64,000 nucleotides of DNA from Candidatus Omnitrophota bacterium (GTDB taxonomy: Bacteria > Omnitrophota > Gorgyraeia > Zapsychrales > Zapsychraceae), in contig JAGQKV010000005.1 in NCBI GenBank assembly GCA_020429915.1, forward strand, positions 7,125 through 71,124, read 5' to 3'. The notes under the pieces are model-generated. The model searched no databases and had not been told where the DNA came from. It saw nothing but the letters and a program-made list of their open reading frames with translations. Made by a program: the position numbers and the translations under genes. Positions 28,872 to 40,900 of this stretch are shown one piece after another. The first letter of the stretch is position 1. Every line of letters begins with the position of its first letter.

Positions 28872-29140
28872 GTACAACCGCCGCAGTCGTCACAGCAGCG
28901 TTCCGGCGTCTCAAAGGGGGCGTGTCCATTGGGTCGCAGGTCTGTATCGTCACAATATCCGTCGCCGCAACGGGGCCCGATGTCGAGCATCGCATTGGCA
29001 GCGCCGGTAAAATACATATTGGCCGCGTTGCTCACCCGCGGAATGTAGGCCGGCAAGGCCAGCAGCACGATGGCGACCACGGTAGCCAGCAGGAGCATGT
29101 ATTCAATGGCGGTTTGACCTTTTGGGGAGCTTATTCGCAT
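28868..29140 (-). CDS. Flp/Fap-type (class III signal peptide) pilin-like protein with Cys-rich C-terminal tail
   Basis: 90 aa; a short leader, MRISSPKG, then the Flp signature QTAIEYMLLLATVVAIVLLAL, followed by a 7-Cys tail (CGDGYCDD...CCDDCGGCT). An AGGA RBS lies 7 nt upstream. The gene is co-directional with rpe. Confidence 0.55.
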   Translation of the reverse strand: MRISSPKGQTAIEYMLLLATVVAIVLLALPAYIPRVSNAANMYFTGAANAMLDIGPRCGDGYCDDTDLRPNGHAPFETPERCCDDCGGCT

Positions 29141-29161
29141 ATTTTCCTCAGTACAAATATA

Positions 29162-29875
29162 TCATGCCTGGCCCAAACTCTTCAAATATTTTACCACATC
29201 CCTGGGTTTATCCGAACCAAAGAAATAGCTGGCCGTGGCCAAAACGTTGACCCCCGCCTTTACCGCCTCCGGGGCCGTCAATTCATTCACCCCACCGTCA
29301 ATAGCGATATTTCCCTTATAATTCTCCCGCAGATCGATGATTTTGGCCAAAACCGAGGGATTGAATTTCTGCTTGGCAAAGCCCGGATTGACGGACATCA
29401 CCAGAACCCCGTCCAGGTCGGTCATCAGCCCCCCCAGGCACAGGGGGGTACCCGGATTGAGTACCATAACTGCTTGGGCCCCTTTGTTTTTGATACGTAT
29501 CACGTCCTGCCGGGCGCGCTCGATATCGATTTCGTCGACCTCCTTGGGATACTCCCCGTACTGCCGGCATCCCGGCCGACGTTCACCGTAACACTCCGCG
29601 TGGATTGAGATAATGTTCGCGCCGGAGTCGATAAAACTGTCCGTGTAGGCCCAGGGGTTCTCGATCATGAGATGGGCCTCGATGGGAAGCTTGGTGACGG
29701 GACGGATAGCCTCGATGATGACCTGGCCGATGGTGATATTGGGCACAAAGTGCCCGTCCATGACATCCACGTGAATCATGTCCACGCCGGCGTCTTCGCA
29801 TTTTTTGATTTCATCCCCAAGTTTGGTGAAGTCCGCGCAGAGGATACTGACGGATACTTTTGTTTCGGTAGGCAT
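29162..29875 (-). CDS. rpe: Ribulose-phosphate 3-epimerase (with ~20-aa insertion)
   Basis: Start at the internal Met MPTETKVSVSILCADF.... The fold is a TIM barrel (DVMDGHFVPN, HLM, NPGT), with an inserted CYGERRPGCRQYGEYPKEVDEIDIER segment. Confidence 0.85.
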   Translation of the reverse strand: MPTETKVSVSILCADFTKLGDEIKKCEDAGVDMIHVDVMDGHFVPNITIGQVIIEAIRPVTKLPIEAHLMIENPWAYTDSFIDSGANIISIHAECYGERRPGCRQYGEYPKEVDEIDIERARQDVIRIKNKGAQAVMVLNPGTPLCLGGLMTDLDGVLVMSVNPGFAKQKFNPSVLAKIIDLRENYKGNIAIDGGVNELTAPEAVKAGVNVLATASYFFGSDKPRDVVKYLKSLGQA

Positions 29876-29969
29876 GTAGACTCCAGAGCAAGAATTTTGT
29901 GGACAAGCGGGCAAGCTAATTCGAATGCCGGAACGCTTCGCCTTTGCTTGCTCTCGCTTGCGCAAGAGA

Positions 29970-30053
29970 GTGCGCGAGAGTGGACTTGAACCACCACGGC
30001 CTTTCGGCCACTACCCCCTCAAAGTAGCGCGTCTACCAATTCCGCCACTCGCG
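29970..30053 (-). tRNA. tRNA-Leu (anticodon GAG), class II with long variable arm
   Basis: The rc sequence is GCGCGAGTGGCGGAATTGGTAGACGCGCTACTTTGAGGGGGTAGTGGCCGAAAGGCCGTGGTGGTTCAAGTCCACTCTCGCGCA. It has a 7-bp acceptor stem, a D loop AATTGGTAGA, an anticodon loop TT-GAG-GG, a GGCC-GAAA-GGCC variable arm and a T loop TTCAAGT. CCA is not encoded. Confidence 0.85.
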
Positions 30054-30106
30054 CAAAAATTTGATTACCTAATATACCGCTAAACCGCGTATTTTTCAAA
30101 AAAATC

Positions 30107-31720
30107 TCACTCCGCCTTTTGGTTCCTTAAGGCGGCCGCGATAAATTCCCTGAACAGCGGATGGGCATTATCCGGCTTGGACTTGAACTCGGGATGGTAC
30201 TGGCAGGCAACGAACCAGGGATGGTCTTTCAGCTCCACCACCTCGACCAAGCCATGCTGGGTGTTCTTGCCCGCGAAGAGCATTCCGTTCTTGGTGAACC
30301 GGGATTTGTACTTGTTGTTAAACTCATAGCGGTGCCGGTGCCGTTCGGAGATATTGTCTTTCTTATACGCCTTGTAGCTGAGCGTTTTTTTGGACAAGTG
30401 GCACGGATAGGCCCCCAAACGCATGGTCGCGCCGAGGTCTTTCACGCTTTTTTGCTCCTCCAGCAGGGATATAACCGGTTCCTTGGCCTTCTTGTTGAAT
30501 TCCGTGGAATTGGCTCCCTTAAGACCGCAGACATTGCGCGCAAACTCGATGCAGGCGATCTGCATCCCGAGACAAATTCCGAAATAGGGAATTCCTTGTT
30601 CGCGCGCGACCCGCACCGCCTTGATCTTGCCTTCGATCCCGCGATCGCCGAAGCCTCCCGGGATCAGGATGCCGTCGGCGCCTTGCAGTTGTTTGAGCTT
30701 TTTCCCCTTCTCAATAGATTCCGAATCGATTTTGACGATATTGACCCGCGTGTCGTTGGCAATTCCGCCATGCACCAGGGCTTCATAAATGGATTTGTAC
30801 GCGTCGGGAAGCTGGATATATTTACCGACCACGGCGACGGTGACCTCGTTTTTGGGAAACTTCACCCGCTCCAGGACAAAATCGCTCCATTCCTTCAACG
30901 GCTTGTCCGCGCGCCGGATATCCAGCTTCCTGAGAATCAATTCGTCCAGTCCTTCCTTTTTCAACATCAAGGGCACTTCATAAATATGCCGGGCGTCGGC
31001 AGCTTCAATGACCGCTTCCTTTTCGACATTACAGAACAGAGCGATCTTTTCCCGCTGTTCCTTGGTAATCTTGCGTTCCGTACGGCATAACAGGATCTCG
31101 GGAGAAATCCCGATCTCACGCAACCGTCCGACGCTGTGCTGGGTCGGCTTGGTTTTATGCTCACCGGCCGCCCTGATATACGGCAACAGCGTGACATGAA
31201 TATTGATCGCGTTACTGTCGCCCATCTCCCAGCGCAGCTGACGGATCGCCTCTAAAAACGGCAAACTTTCGATGTCCCCTACAGTCCCGCCGATCTCCAC
31301 AATGGTGACGTCGACGCGTTTCTCGCGGGAAACTTTTTTGATACTGCGTTTGATCTCATCGGTAATATGCGGAATGATCTGGACGGTTTTGCCCAAATAG
31401 TCCCCCCGGCGCTCTTTGGCGATGACATTGTAATAGATTTTACCCGTGGTGATATTGCTATCTTTGCTAATATGCGCGTTGGTGAACCGTTCATAATGAC
31501 CGAGATCCAGGTCGGTTTCAGCGCCGTCATCGGTCACATAAACTTCTCCGTGCTGAAACGGGTTCATGGTCCCGGGGTCGACGTTCAGGTAGGGATCGCA
31601 CTTGATGATCGTGGTCTGCAGCCCGCGGGCTTCCAGCAGCTTCCCGATCGACGCGGCGGCGAGGCCTTTCCCCAAACTGGAAACAACCCCGCCGGTAATG
31701 AATATGCATTTCGAAATCAT
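30107..31720 (-). CDS. pyrG: CTP synthase
   Basis: 537 aa; starts [19 protein letters not shown] and ends with a glutamine amidotransferase domain (GICLGMQ). Confidence 0.95.
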   Translation of the reverse strand: MISKCIFITGGVVSSLGKGLAAASIGKLLEARGLQTTIIKCDPYLNVDPGTMNPFQHGEVYVTDDGAETDLDLGHYERFTNAHISKDSNITTGKIYYNVIAKERRGDYLGKTVQIIPHITDEIKRSIKKVSREKRVDVTIVEIGGTVGDIESLPFLEAIRQLRWEMGDSNAINIHVTLLPYIRAAGEHKTKPTQHSVGRLREIGISPEILLCRTERKITKEQREKIALFCNVEKEAVIEAADARHIYEVPLMLKKEGLDELILRKLDIRRADKPLKEWSDFVLERVKFPKNEVTVAVVGKYIQLPDAYKSIYEALVHGGIANDTRVNIVKIDSESIEKGKKLKQLQGADGILIPGGFGDRGIEGKIKAVRVAREQGIPYFGICLGMQIACIEFARNVCGLKGANSTEFNKKAKEPVISLLEEQKSVKDLGATMRLGAYPCHLSKKTLSYKAYKKDNISERHRHRYEFNNKYKSRFTKNGMLFAGKNTQHGLVEVVELKDHPWFVACQYHPEFKSKPDNAHPLFREFIAAALRNQKAE

Positions 31721-31763
31721 GGTGTAATCAACCTTCTTGTCTGATCCGTCCGCCGCACCGCGC

Positions 31764-33164
31764 TTATCCGCCGGTGTTATGGTGGTACGGGTGCTCCATC
31801 AGGTATTTGCTGCGGTTGGTCGGCGGTTGCACCGGGTAGTTGCCGGTGAAGCACGCGTCACAAAAGTTCTCCGGCAGACTCATTGCCTTGAGCATCCCTT
31901 CGACGCTGAGATACTTCAATGAATCGACCTTGATAAATCCGGCGATCTCCTCCACGGTCTTGTTGGCCGCGATCAACTCATTGGAATCGGGAAAATCGAT
32001 CCCATAAAAGCACGGAGACTTGATCGGCGGGCAGCTGATCCGCATATGGATTTCCTTGGCGCCTGCCTTGCGCAACGACTCGACACGACTGCGTGAGGTG
32101 GTCCCGCGCACAATCGAGTCTTCGACGACGACAATGCGTTTTCCCTGCAGCACGCTTTGTATGGGGTTGAGCTTGATCTTCACCCGCAAATCCCGCAACA
32201 GCTGCGTCGGCTGGATAAACGTCCGCCCGATGTAATGATTGCGGACAATCCCCATCTCCAGAGGCAGACCGAGTTCGTTGGCATATCCCAGGGCGGCGTA
32301 ATTACCGGAATCCGGGATCGCCATCACAAAGTCCGCATCCGAAACGGGAAATTCGCGGGCGAGTTGTTCGCCGAGCCGCTTACGCACCTGATAAATATTG
32401 TCGTCGAAGATGTCGCTGTCCGGTCGCGCGAAATAAATGTTCTCGAAGATACAATGCGACTTCTTCATGGTTTTCCGTTCGGGCATATAAACGGATTTGA
32501 TTTCCTTGCCTTTGATGAATACAATCTCACCCGGTTCGATCTCCCGTTCGAATTTGGCCCCGATCAAATCCAGAGAACAACTCTCCGAGGCCAGCATGTA
32601 GGTCCCGTCGATGGTCCCCAGGCACAACGGCCGGAATCCCCGCGGATCGCGGGCGCCGACAACCGTCCCTTCCACGAGAAAGACCAGGGAATACGCACCT
32701 TCCAGCTGGGCCAGGACCTTCACGAAAGCGTCCTCGATACTGCCGTTACGCTGACGGGCCAGCAGATGGATGATGATCTCGGAATCCATCGTCGTCTGAA
32801 AAATCGAACCTTCCTCTTCCAACCGCCGGTAGAGGGCTTCTGTGTTGGTAAGATTGCCGTTATGCGCGATGGCGATCGGCGTGTTCTTGTGGGTGACCAT
32901 AAACGGCTGAATATTTTTTTGATTGCTGGACCCGGTGGTGGAGTAGCGGCAGTGGCCGATGGCGGAATCGCCCTGCAGATAATTGATCGCGCGCTCGTCA
33001 AAGGCATCGGCGACCAGGCCGGGTTGTTTCTTAATCAGGATGTTGTGGCCGTCGTACGTCGCAATACCCGCGGCCTCTTCCCCGCGATGTTGCAGGGCAT
33101 ACAGTCCCGAATACGCCAGCTGCGCCGCGTCCTTATGTTGGGATACGCCGATGATTCCGCACAT
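31764..33164 (-). CDS. purF: Amidophosphoribosyltransferase
   Basis: Start at MCGIIGV (Ntn Cys), followed by a PRTase domain. The ORF track extends 9 codons further upstream. Confidence 0.9.
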   Translation of the reverse strand: MCGIIGVSQHKDAAQLAYSGLYALQHRGEEAAGIATYDGHNILIKKQPGLVADAFDERAINYLQGDSAIGHCRYSTTGSSNQKNIQPFMVTHKNTPIAIAHNGNLTNTEALYRRLEEEGSIFQTTMDSEIIIHLLARQRNGSIEDAFVKVLAQLEGAYSLVFLVEGTVVGARDPRGFRPLCLGTIDGTYMLASESCSLDLIGAKFEREIEPGEIVFIKGKEIKSVYMPERKTMKKSHCIFENIYFARPDSDIFDDNIYQVRKRLGEQLAREFPVSDADFVMAIPDSGNYAALGYANELGLPLEMGIVRNHYIGRTFIQPTQLLRDLRVKIKLNPIQSVLQGKRIVVVEDSIVRGTTSRSRVESLRKAGAKEIHMRISCPPIKSPCFYGIDFPDSNELIAANKTVEEIAGFIKVDSLKYLSVEGMLKAMSLPENFCDACFTGNYPVQPPTNRSKYLMEHPYHHNTGG

Positions 33165-33197
33165 GGTCAGGTCCTCCCGGACCGCCCGCACGCCATG

Positions 33198-36100
33198 TTA
33201 ACGCTGATGCGCTACCGGCCCGCCGGGCACTTCTGTGGATGATTTAGAGTTTTTTTTTGCCTGGTAATATTCCTGCAGAGACTGCACCGTAAATTTTTTC
33301 TGCCGGGCCGACTCCATCGCGTTCACGGCCGCCCATGCGCCCTGAATAGTCGTAATGCAAGGGACATTGTGCAGGATTGCCGCGGCGCGGATGGAACGCA
33401 TATCATACTGGCTGCTCTCGTCGGAAGGGGTATTGATAATCAAATCGATCTGGCTTTCCTTGATCAGACTCATCAGATTGGGCATCGGCTGTTTTCCCTG
33501 ATCATAGCGCTCGACCATTTCCACCGCCACGCCGTTGGATTCGAGCACCTTGGCAGTCCCCGGAGTGGAGACCAGCGAGAATCCGAATTCAGTCAACTTT
33601 TTGGCAATCAGGACGACCGGACGTTTGTCCTCGTCCCGCACGCTGACAAAAATCTTGCCGCTGGACGGCAACGCGGAACCGGCGCTGATTTGCGATTTGG
33701 CAAAGGCCTCACCGTAGCGGGTGGCGATGCCCATGACCTCGCCGGTCGATTTCATTTCAGGTCCCAGGACGATGTCCACGCCCGAAAATTTGGAAAACGG
33801 CAACACCGATTCCTTGACCGCGAAGTGTTTCATTTCCGTGATCAAGTCGTAGGGAATATCAAAACTTTCCAGCTTCTTGCCGACCATCACCTTGGCGGCA
33901 ATCTTGGCCAGCGGGACCCCGGTGGCCTTGCTGACAAACGGCGTGGTGCGCGAAGCCCGCGGATTGACCTCCAGTACGAACACCCGACGTCCTTTAACGG
34001 CATACTGGATGTTCAGCAACCCGCGCACGTTGAGAGCCAGGGCGATGCGTGTGGTCATATCCCTGATTTCATTGATCAGATCTTCGCTGATCGTCGGCGG
34101 CGGCAGCGTGCAGGCCGAATCCCCGGAATGGATCCCGGCATTCTCGATGTGTTCCATGATCCCGGCGACAAAGGTCGTTTCTCCGTCACAGATCGCGTCG
34201 ACATCAATCTCGATAGCGTCGTCGATAAACTTGTCGATGAGAATAGGATGCCCTTGGGAAACCTCCTTGGCCTCCTCGATAAATTCCAGCAGCGATTCGC
34301 GGTCATAAACAATCTTCATGGCGCGGCCGCCCAACACGTAGGAAGGGCGGGCCAGCACCGGGTACCCGATGCGTTCGGCGATCTCCACCGCCTCCTCGGC
34401 GGATTTGGCTGATCCGTTGGCCGGTTGATTGATGTCCAGGGACTTCATCAAATCGGCGAACTTCTCGCGGTCTTCGGCCAGATCGATGGAATCCACCGAC
34501 GTCCCGATGATCGGGACACCGGCATCGTCCAGCCGGCGAGCCAGGTTCAAAGGAGTCTGCCCGCCGAACTGCACGATCACACCGTCGGGCTTTTCCACAT
34601 CCACGATGTTCATCACGTCCTCAAAAGTCAGCGGCTCGAAATACAATCGGTCGGAGATGTCGTAATCCGTGGAGACTGTTTCCGGGTTGGAATTGACCAT
34701 GATCGTCTCATAGCCCAACTCCTGCAGCGCAAACGCGGCGTGCACGCAGCAATAATCGAACTCAATCCCCTGCCCGATCCGGTTCGGACCGCCGCCGAGG
34801 ATCATAATCTTCTTTTTGGCCCCGCCGGCGTCGGCTTGCATCTTGGCGATCTGTATCTTGGCCTCGTCTTCGGATTCATACGTGGAATAAAAGTAGGGCG
34901 TATAGGCCTCGAATTCCGCAGCGCAGGTGTCGACAAGCTTAAAGGTGGCAACGATACCCTGATCGGTGCGCAGTTTGCGCACGGCCAACTCATCGGTGTT
35001 CATCAGCTGCGCCAGTTGCGCGTCGCTGAACCCGTACTCCTTGGCGTGCCGCAGCGAATCGGCGCTCAGGGTCCCGCTATCCTCGATCTCCTTGATGATG
35101 TCGATTTCAAAGTCCAGGATTTGGGCGATGTGCGCCAGGAACCACATGTCGATCTTGGTCAGCGCGTGAATGTTTTCCAGCGACCACCCCTTTTGCAGGG
35201 CATACTTGATGTAAAAAATGCGGGAAGCGTTGGGTTCCTCCAGCCGCCAGGTCACTTTGTCATCGGGAACTTCCCGGTAATCCAGCTTGTTGTCCAAGCC
35301 GATGTGACCGATTTCCAGTCCCCGCAGCCCCTTCTGCAGCGCTTCCTTAAATGTGCGGCCGATGGCCATGGTCTCACCGACCGATTTCATCTGGACGCCG
35401 AGGATATCCAGGGCCTCGGGAAATTTTTCGAAAGTGAAACGCGGAATCTTGATGACGCAGTAATCAATGGTCGGCTCAAATGACGCGGGTGTTTCACGGG
35501 TGATATCATTCTGAATCTCGTCGAGAGAATACCCCACCGCCAGCTTGGCCGCAAACTTGGCGATCGGAAAACCGGTGGCCTTGCTGGCCAGAGCGGACGA
35601 ACGGGACACTCGCGGATTCATCTCGATCACCACCTGCCGGCCGTCTTCGGGGTTGACCGCGAACTGAATGTTGGATCCGCCGGTCTCCACGCCGATCTCC
35701 CGGATAATTTTCAACGAGTCGTTGCGCATCTGCTGGTACTCGCGGTCGGTGAGCGTCTGGGCGGGCGCCACGGTAATGCTGTCGCCGGTATGCACCCCCA
35801 TCGGATCAAGATTCTCGATCGAACAGACGATGACCACATTATCCTTATGGTCGCGCATCACCTCGAGCTCATACTCTTTCCAGCCGGTGATCGATTCCTC
35901 GACGATAACTTCATTGATCATGCTGCTTTCGATTCCCAGCGCGGCGACGCGTTTCAACTCTTCCATATCCTTGGCGTGACCGCCGCCGGTGCCGCCCAGC
36001 GTAAAACTCGGTCGGACAATCAGCGGAAAACCGATCTTTTCGGCCGCGGCCACCGCTTCATCCAGCGTGTAGGCGGTATAACTGCGCGGGACGGCTAATC

Positions 36101-36518
36101 CGATTTTTTCCATCGCTTCTCGAAAGCACTGGCGGTCTTCCGCTTTCTTGATGACATCATAGTCGGCCCCGAGCATCTGCACATCATACTTTTCCAGGAC
36201 CTTGGCCTCATACAGCTTCATCGCAATGTTAAGCGCCGTCTGTCCGCCCAACGTCGGCAGGATCGCGTCCGGGCGTTCCTTGTCGATGATATATTCGACG
36301 TATTCCGGAGTGAGCGGCTCGACATAAGTGCGGTCCGCGAATTCCGGATCGGTCATGATCGTCGCCGGATTGGAATTCACCAGGACAATTTCATAACCTT
36401 CCTCACGTAATGCTTTACACGCTTGTGTGCCTGAATAGTCGAACTCGCACGCCTGACCAATAACAATCGGCCCCGAGCCCAATAACAAAATCTTCTGAAT
36501 ATCGGTTCGTTTAGGCAT
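33198..36518 (-). CDS. carB: Carbamoyl-phosphate synthase large subunit
   Basis: 1106 aa with duplicated ATP-grasp halves and an MGS-like C-terminal domain. Confidence 0.95.
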   Translation of the reverse strand: MPKRTDIQKILLLGSGPIVIGQACEFDYSGTQACKALREEGYEIVLVNSNPATIMTDPEFADRTYVEPLTPEYVEYIIDKERPDAILPTLGGQTALNIAMKLYEAKVLEKYDVQMLGADYDVIKKAEDRQCFREAMEKIGLAVPRSYTAYTLDEAVAAAEKIGFPLIVRPSFTLGGTGGGHAKDMEELKRVAALGIESSMINEVIVEESITGWKEYELEVMRDHKDNVVIVCSIENLDPMGVHTGDSITVAPAQTLTDREYQQMRNDSLKIIREIGVETGGSNIQFAVNPEDGRQVVIEMNPRVSRSSALASKATGFPIAKFAAKLAVGYSLDEIQNDITRETPASFEPTIDYCVIKIPRFTFEKFPEALDILGVQMKSVGETMAIGRTFKEALQKGLRGLEIGHIGLDNKLDYREVPDDKVTWRLEEPNASRIFYIKYALQKGWSLENIHALTKIDMWFLAHIAQILDFEIDIIKEIEDSGTLSADSLRHAKEYGFSDAQLAQLMNTDELAVRKLRTDQGIVATFKLVDTCAAEFEAYTPYFYSTYESEDEAKIQIAKMQADAGGAKKKIMILGGGPNRIGQGIEFDYCCVHAAFALQELGYETIMVNSNPETVSTDYDISDRLYFEPLTFEDVMNIVDVEKPDGVIVQFGGQTPLNLARRLDDAGVPIIGTSVDSIDLAEDREKFADLMKSLDINQPANGSAKSAEEAVEIAERIGYPVLARPSYVLGGRAMKIVYDRESLLEFIEEAKEVSQGHPILIDKFIDDAIEIDVDAICDGETTFVAGIMEHIENAGIHSGDSACTLPPPTISEDLINEIRDMTTRIALALNVRGLLNIQYAVKGRRVFVLEVNPRASRTTPFVSKATGVPLAKIAAKVMVGKKLESFDIPYDLITEMKHFAVKESVLPFSKFSGVDIVLGPEMKSTGEVMGIATRYGEAFAKSQISAGSALPSSGKIFVSVRDEDKRPVVLIAKKLTEFGFSLVSTPGTAKVLESNGVAVEMVERYDQGKQPMPNLMSLIKESQIDLIINTPSDESSQYDMRSIRAAAILHNVPCITTIQGAWAAVNAMESARQKKFTVQSLQEYYQAKKNSKSSTEVPGGPVAHQR

Positions 36519-37620
36519 TCGCTGTTTCCATCATATTAATAAAGTGCTTAAACAAATACTGGGCATCATGCGGGCCCGGCGCGGCCTCCGGGTGATGTTG
36601 AATAGACAGGATCGGCAACTTCTTGTGGCGTAGCCCTTCCAAGGTCTGGTCATTCAGGTTCACATCGATCATCTCGATATCATGCGCCTTCAGACTGTCG
36701 AGGTCCACACAAAATCCATGATTCTGCGACGTAATTCCGATCCGTTCGTCGAGCAGGTCCTTTACGGGATGATTGGCGCCGTGATGGCCGAATTTAAGCT
36801 TGTACGTCTGTCCGCCCAAGGCCAACCCTAACATCTGATGCCCCAAGCAGATACCGAATGTGGGCAGTTTGCCGGCCAATTCTTTCAGGGTCGCTACGAC
36901 ATACGTCACCGCCGCCGGGTCGCCCGGACCGTTGGAGACAAACAGACCGTCGGGTTCGACGGCCAGGATCTCTTCGGCCGTGGCCGAGGCGGGAAATACA
37001 TGGACCTCGCAGTCCAGATCGTTGAGAATTCGCAGAATATTAAACTTGATCCCGCAATCCAGCGCGGCGACCGTGTACTTCTTATCGGTCTTCCCGGCCT
37101 TCCGGCCCTTGGGCCAAATATATTTTTTCTTGGTGGTGACCTTGCTCACCCAGTCGGCACCGATCATCGACGGTACGGCATCGATTTTCTTCTGGAGGCT
37201 GGCGGAGTCAAAATCCGTCGTGGAGATGATCGCCTTCATCGCGCCCTGCTCCCGCAGATGACGGGTCAGCGCGCGGGTATCGATCCCCTCGATCGCCATG
37301 ATTTTATTTTCGTCGAGATAGTCAATGAGGCTCTGTGTGGCCCGGTAATTGGAGTGGTGACGGCAGAATTCCTTGACCACAAACCCCTTCACATGGACCT
37401 TGTCGGATTCCACGTCTTCGTCGTTGACGCCGTAATTGCCGATCAACGGATAGGTCATGATCACGATCTGCCCTGCATAAGACGGATCCGTCAGGACTTC
37501 CTGATAGCCGCTCATAGCGGTGTTGAATACCGCTTCACCAGCACTTTCCCCCTGCTGGGACAACGACCGGCCGATAAAGCTCGTCCCGTCTTCTAAATAG
37601 AGTATCGCTCGGCTGCTCAT
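36511..37620 (-). CDS. carA: Carbamoyl-phosphate synthase small subunit
   Basis: Start at the internal Met [19 protein letters not shown].... There is a GATase class I domain (GICLGHQ) and the catalytic His near the C-terminus. It overlaps the carB start by 8 nt. Confidence 0.9.
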   Translation of the reverse strand: MSSRAILYLEDGTSFIGRSLSQQGESAGEAVFNTAMSGYQEVLTDPSYAGQIVIMTYPLIGNYGVNDEDVESDKVHVKGFVVKEFCRHHSNYRATQSLIDYLDENKIMAIEGIDTRALTRHLREQGAMKAIISTTDFDSASLQKKIDAVPSMIGADWVSKVTTKKKYIWPKGRKAGKTDKKYTVAALDCGIKFNILRILNDLDCEVHVFPASATAEEILAVEPDGLFVSNGPGDPAAVTYVVATLKELAGKLPTFGICLGHQMLGLALGGQTYKLKFGHHGANHPVKDLLDERIGITSQNHGFCVDLDSLKAHDIEMIDVNLNDQTLEGLRHKKLPILSIQHHPEAAPGPHDAQYLFKHFINMMETANA

Positions 37621-37678
37621 ACTAATTTTGATTGATTTGAGGAAATCGGGTAGGACTGCGGCTCCCGCAGCCTGGCTA

Positions 37679-37706
37679 ACTATATCATCCTGGAAAGGAA
37701 AGTCAA
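37679..37706 (-). promoter_or_regulatory. sigma70-like promoter upstream of carA
   Basis: On the minus strand, -35 TTGACT (rc of 37701-37706), a 16-nt spacer and -10 TATAGT (rc of 37679-37684). The leader contains the hairpin GGCUGCGGGAGCCGCAGUCC. Confidence 0.45.
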
Positions 37707-37791
37707 GCAGTAATGTCCGGTGATATCGGCTCATTTTCGGCCGATTCGCCTCGACGCCCGGCCGGGCGAATACGCTCCGGAATTGGACATC

Positions 37792-37903
37792 ATGTCGGGT
37801 TAAGTCCGCCCAAAAAGGTGTTGGGTTAAGCCCTATATTTAGGGGTACGGAGCCGGCCGGATGTCGGGTTAAGTCCGCACAAATGGATGTTGGGTTAAGT
37901 CCC
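37792..37903. repeat. Tandem ~43-bp direct repeat x2, each with two GGGTTAAG(T/C)CC half-sites
   Basis: atgtcgggttaagtccgcccaaaaaggtgttgggttaagccc (37792-37833) and atgtcgggttaagtccgcacaaatggatgttgggttaagtccc (37861-37903), lying immediately 3' of the giant-gene stop and about 90-200 bp upstream of the carA -35. Confidence 0.6.
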
Positions 37904-37908
37904 TCCCG

Positions 37909-40900
37909 TTAATCCACAATGATAACCGCGCCGCGTAACGGGCCGAAGATCCAGTGCGGTTCGGCCTCGGGACGGTCGGTATTGCCGGCATCCACGGAAT
38001 TGCCGGTGACGATATTGTTGGAGGACGCCTGCGAATCGCGGACATTGACGAAACCGACATTTTGTTCCGCCCCCGTCACATCCACTGTGAAACGGGTGCC
38101 CGTGGTCGAAGAACGGATGTTCAAACGGTTTGATCCGTTGAACCCGTCCAGAGTGAGCGTTCCGGCCACGGTGAGTGTCGACTGCTGACCGACCGTCAGG
38201 GTCCGGGCGGGGCCGGCGCTCAGCGTCTTGTCAAGACTGTAGAACGTCTCGGAGGCCGGGATCTCCTGATCGGCTCCATCCAGGACCACAGTGCCGCTGC
38301 GGGCCGCGAAGACCCCGCCGAAGTTCTCCCAATTGCCGCCGACATTGATCTGATAGTCGTTTCCGGCACTGACATCCAAGGTTCCGGCATTGAGCCGCAG
38401 CGTGCCGTTGACATCCAGCGCGGTTTGCAGGGTGTACGTGCCCACCGCGGTGGCCGGCATGTTGCCGTTGGCTAAAGCCTGGATTTCCGCGGTCGACAGT
38501 AACCGGTTATACATACGCACGTCGTCAATCAGCCCGTCAAACAATTCCGTCGGGAACGAGGCATTGGAACCGATCCGCACGTCGGTCACCGGAATATCCG
38601 TTACGGTCCCTCCGGTGGAACTGCCGCCGGTGACATCCGTACCGTTCACGTATATGGAGAACCTGTTCGCCGCCGATTGGGAAGCGTCATAGGTGACCAC
38701 CACATGCGTCCACACATCCTCAGTCACCACGGACTCGGCCTCGGTTACAATGCGATTGGCTCCTTGCGTGTAAAACCAAACAGAAATACCATCGGTAACC
38801 GATCCGCCGGGCAAGTCACCGCTTGAAACGGTATGGGTATAGAAATAGAAATAATTGTTCCCTCCCGCGGTTTGACTCCACAGCGTCGGCCACCCGCCGT
38901 TCGCGGTCAGGTCCTGGGTTAGGAACCACAGCGACCACGAATAGTCGTGGGAAATGTCAAAATCAAACACCGGATTATCGTCGATAGCCACATAGTCGCT
39001 GCTGCCGTCAAATTCGAGGCTCGCGGCATCCGCGAAGGCAATGGACCCGGAAATATCCGTGCTGGATGTCGGTGTTCCGGCCCATTCTCCATGATTACCG
39101 TAGCCGGACAAATCGCAGGCATCATCGAAAGTGGCGGCTGCGTTACAAACGCTGTTGGAATCCTCGGCTGTTTCATCGAGATTCCAGTAGCCGATCAACC
39201 CGTCATTGATGATCAAATCGTTGAAGATCGTGCCGCCCGTCGAGTCGATGGTCTCCGTTCCGGTCCCCGTAAACATTACCGCTCCCGATGAATGCGTAAA
39301 CGTACCGCCGGCGTGATCGAAGGAGGCGTCCAGTTCGGTGGTGTCGCTTGAAGCCGTGTAAACACCCGTCGTGATTGTGAGATTCCCGTCATGACGGAAG
39401 CGGTTGGTCGTTCCCGTAAACCGGCCGCCGGTCACGGTCGTGTCGCCGATAACAGCAACCGGTTCGATGATCGTGCTGTCGGCATAAGTCAGTGATCCTA
39501 AACTGATATCCAAACCATTGGTTACCGGGATATCATCCTGTAAGACCCAACCTCCATTCGGATTGCCCGCGGCAATATCGACGGCATAGAATGTTTGGGA
39601 ACCGGACAGGATTTCATTGTCGGGCGCTGAACTGTCGAAGACGACGATACCGCTATTCGGCGCAAATATCCCCCCGTTGTTTAACCAGCTCAATGCCACG
39701 TTGATCTGGCGATCGGCACCGGTATCAAGCGTGCCATCGTTGATCGACAAGCTGCCGTTGACGTCCAGATTATCCTGCAGGGTGTAGGTGCCCAGGCCGG
39801 TGCCCGGCATATATCCGTCGGCTATGCGCGCAATCTCGGCGGCCGACAACGCGCGGCTGTAGACGCGGACCTCATCGATACGGCCGTCGAAATCGCGGTT
39901 AAGATCACTGGCGCGCATACCGATACGCACCGTGTCGGTATAAGCATCGATACTCGAACCGGCTTGCGTATCCGATCCGGCCGCCCGTCCGTTGACGTAG
40001 AACGTGGCCACGTCCGTCGCGTCCTCCCATACAACAGCGACATGCTGCCACTCGCCAAGATCCACAACTTGATCATTAGAGGAGAACGTATAGTTGGTGC
40101 TGCTTCCCTCGAGTTGCAGAACCAGTCCCTCGTTCGGTTGGCCGCCGGAGTTGAGGTCGGAAATGTGGAACACCCATCCTCCTTCGTCGTTAAGCCCGCC
40201 GCCTTTGTCGACGATACGACCCTGAACACTCTGCCCCCAGGTATCCGGATAAATCCAGGCCGCTATGGTAATTCCGGCCGCCGTATCCAGATCCAACACA
40301 TCCGAATCGGCTATTTCGATATAGTCATTATTTCCATCCAGTTCGGCCGCTCCCGGATTATTGAAATTGATGGTGCCGTTAACCGACACGTTAACCGACA
40401 CGTCATTGACCCAGGTTCCGTCATGACCATACCCGGAGTAATCCACCGCCGGCGAGGCCGACTCATCCAATTTCCAGTATCCTACCAGTCCGTTGTTGAT
40501 CGCCAAATCATTAAAGGACTTGGTATCCGCCGTCACGGTCAGACTGCCGGTCGTTCCGGTCAGCACCACACTCGATCCCGTACTGGTAAAGACCCCTCCC
40601 GTCATATCCCAGATGCCGCCGACCGCGATGACGGTACGGCCGCCGGAACCGGAGGCGGCGTTCAGAGTTCCGTTAATATCCATGGTCCCGCTTAAGAAGA
40701 CGTCATAACCATCCGTGACCAAAGCATCCGTCGACATAATCTTCATCGACGTACCGGTCAGGTTGGTTGTGAGCGTAGTCATGTCGGGTGACTGACCGAC
40801 CACGATCCAGCCGACATCCTGCTGCGGCGATGTGTTGTCCGCGTAGGTGAGATCGCCGTCGAATGTCAACGTTCCGGCATCCGACTTGAGGAAGACCGTA

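Noticed and set aside
33369-35483. Plus-strand ORFs 33369-34412 (347 aa) and 34425-35483 (352 aa).
   Set aside because: They are antisense to carB, a 1,106-aa gene with full-length conservation.
37742-37775. Nested palindrome ATTCGCC...GCCCGGCCGGGC...GGCGAAT as a terminator of the giant gene.
   Set aside because: No U tract follows the hairpin on the minus strand; an A tract follows instead. It was kept only as part of the carA upstream regulatory region.
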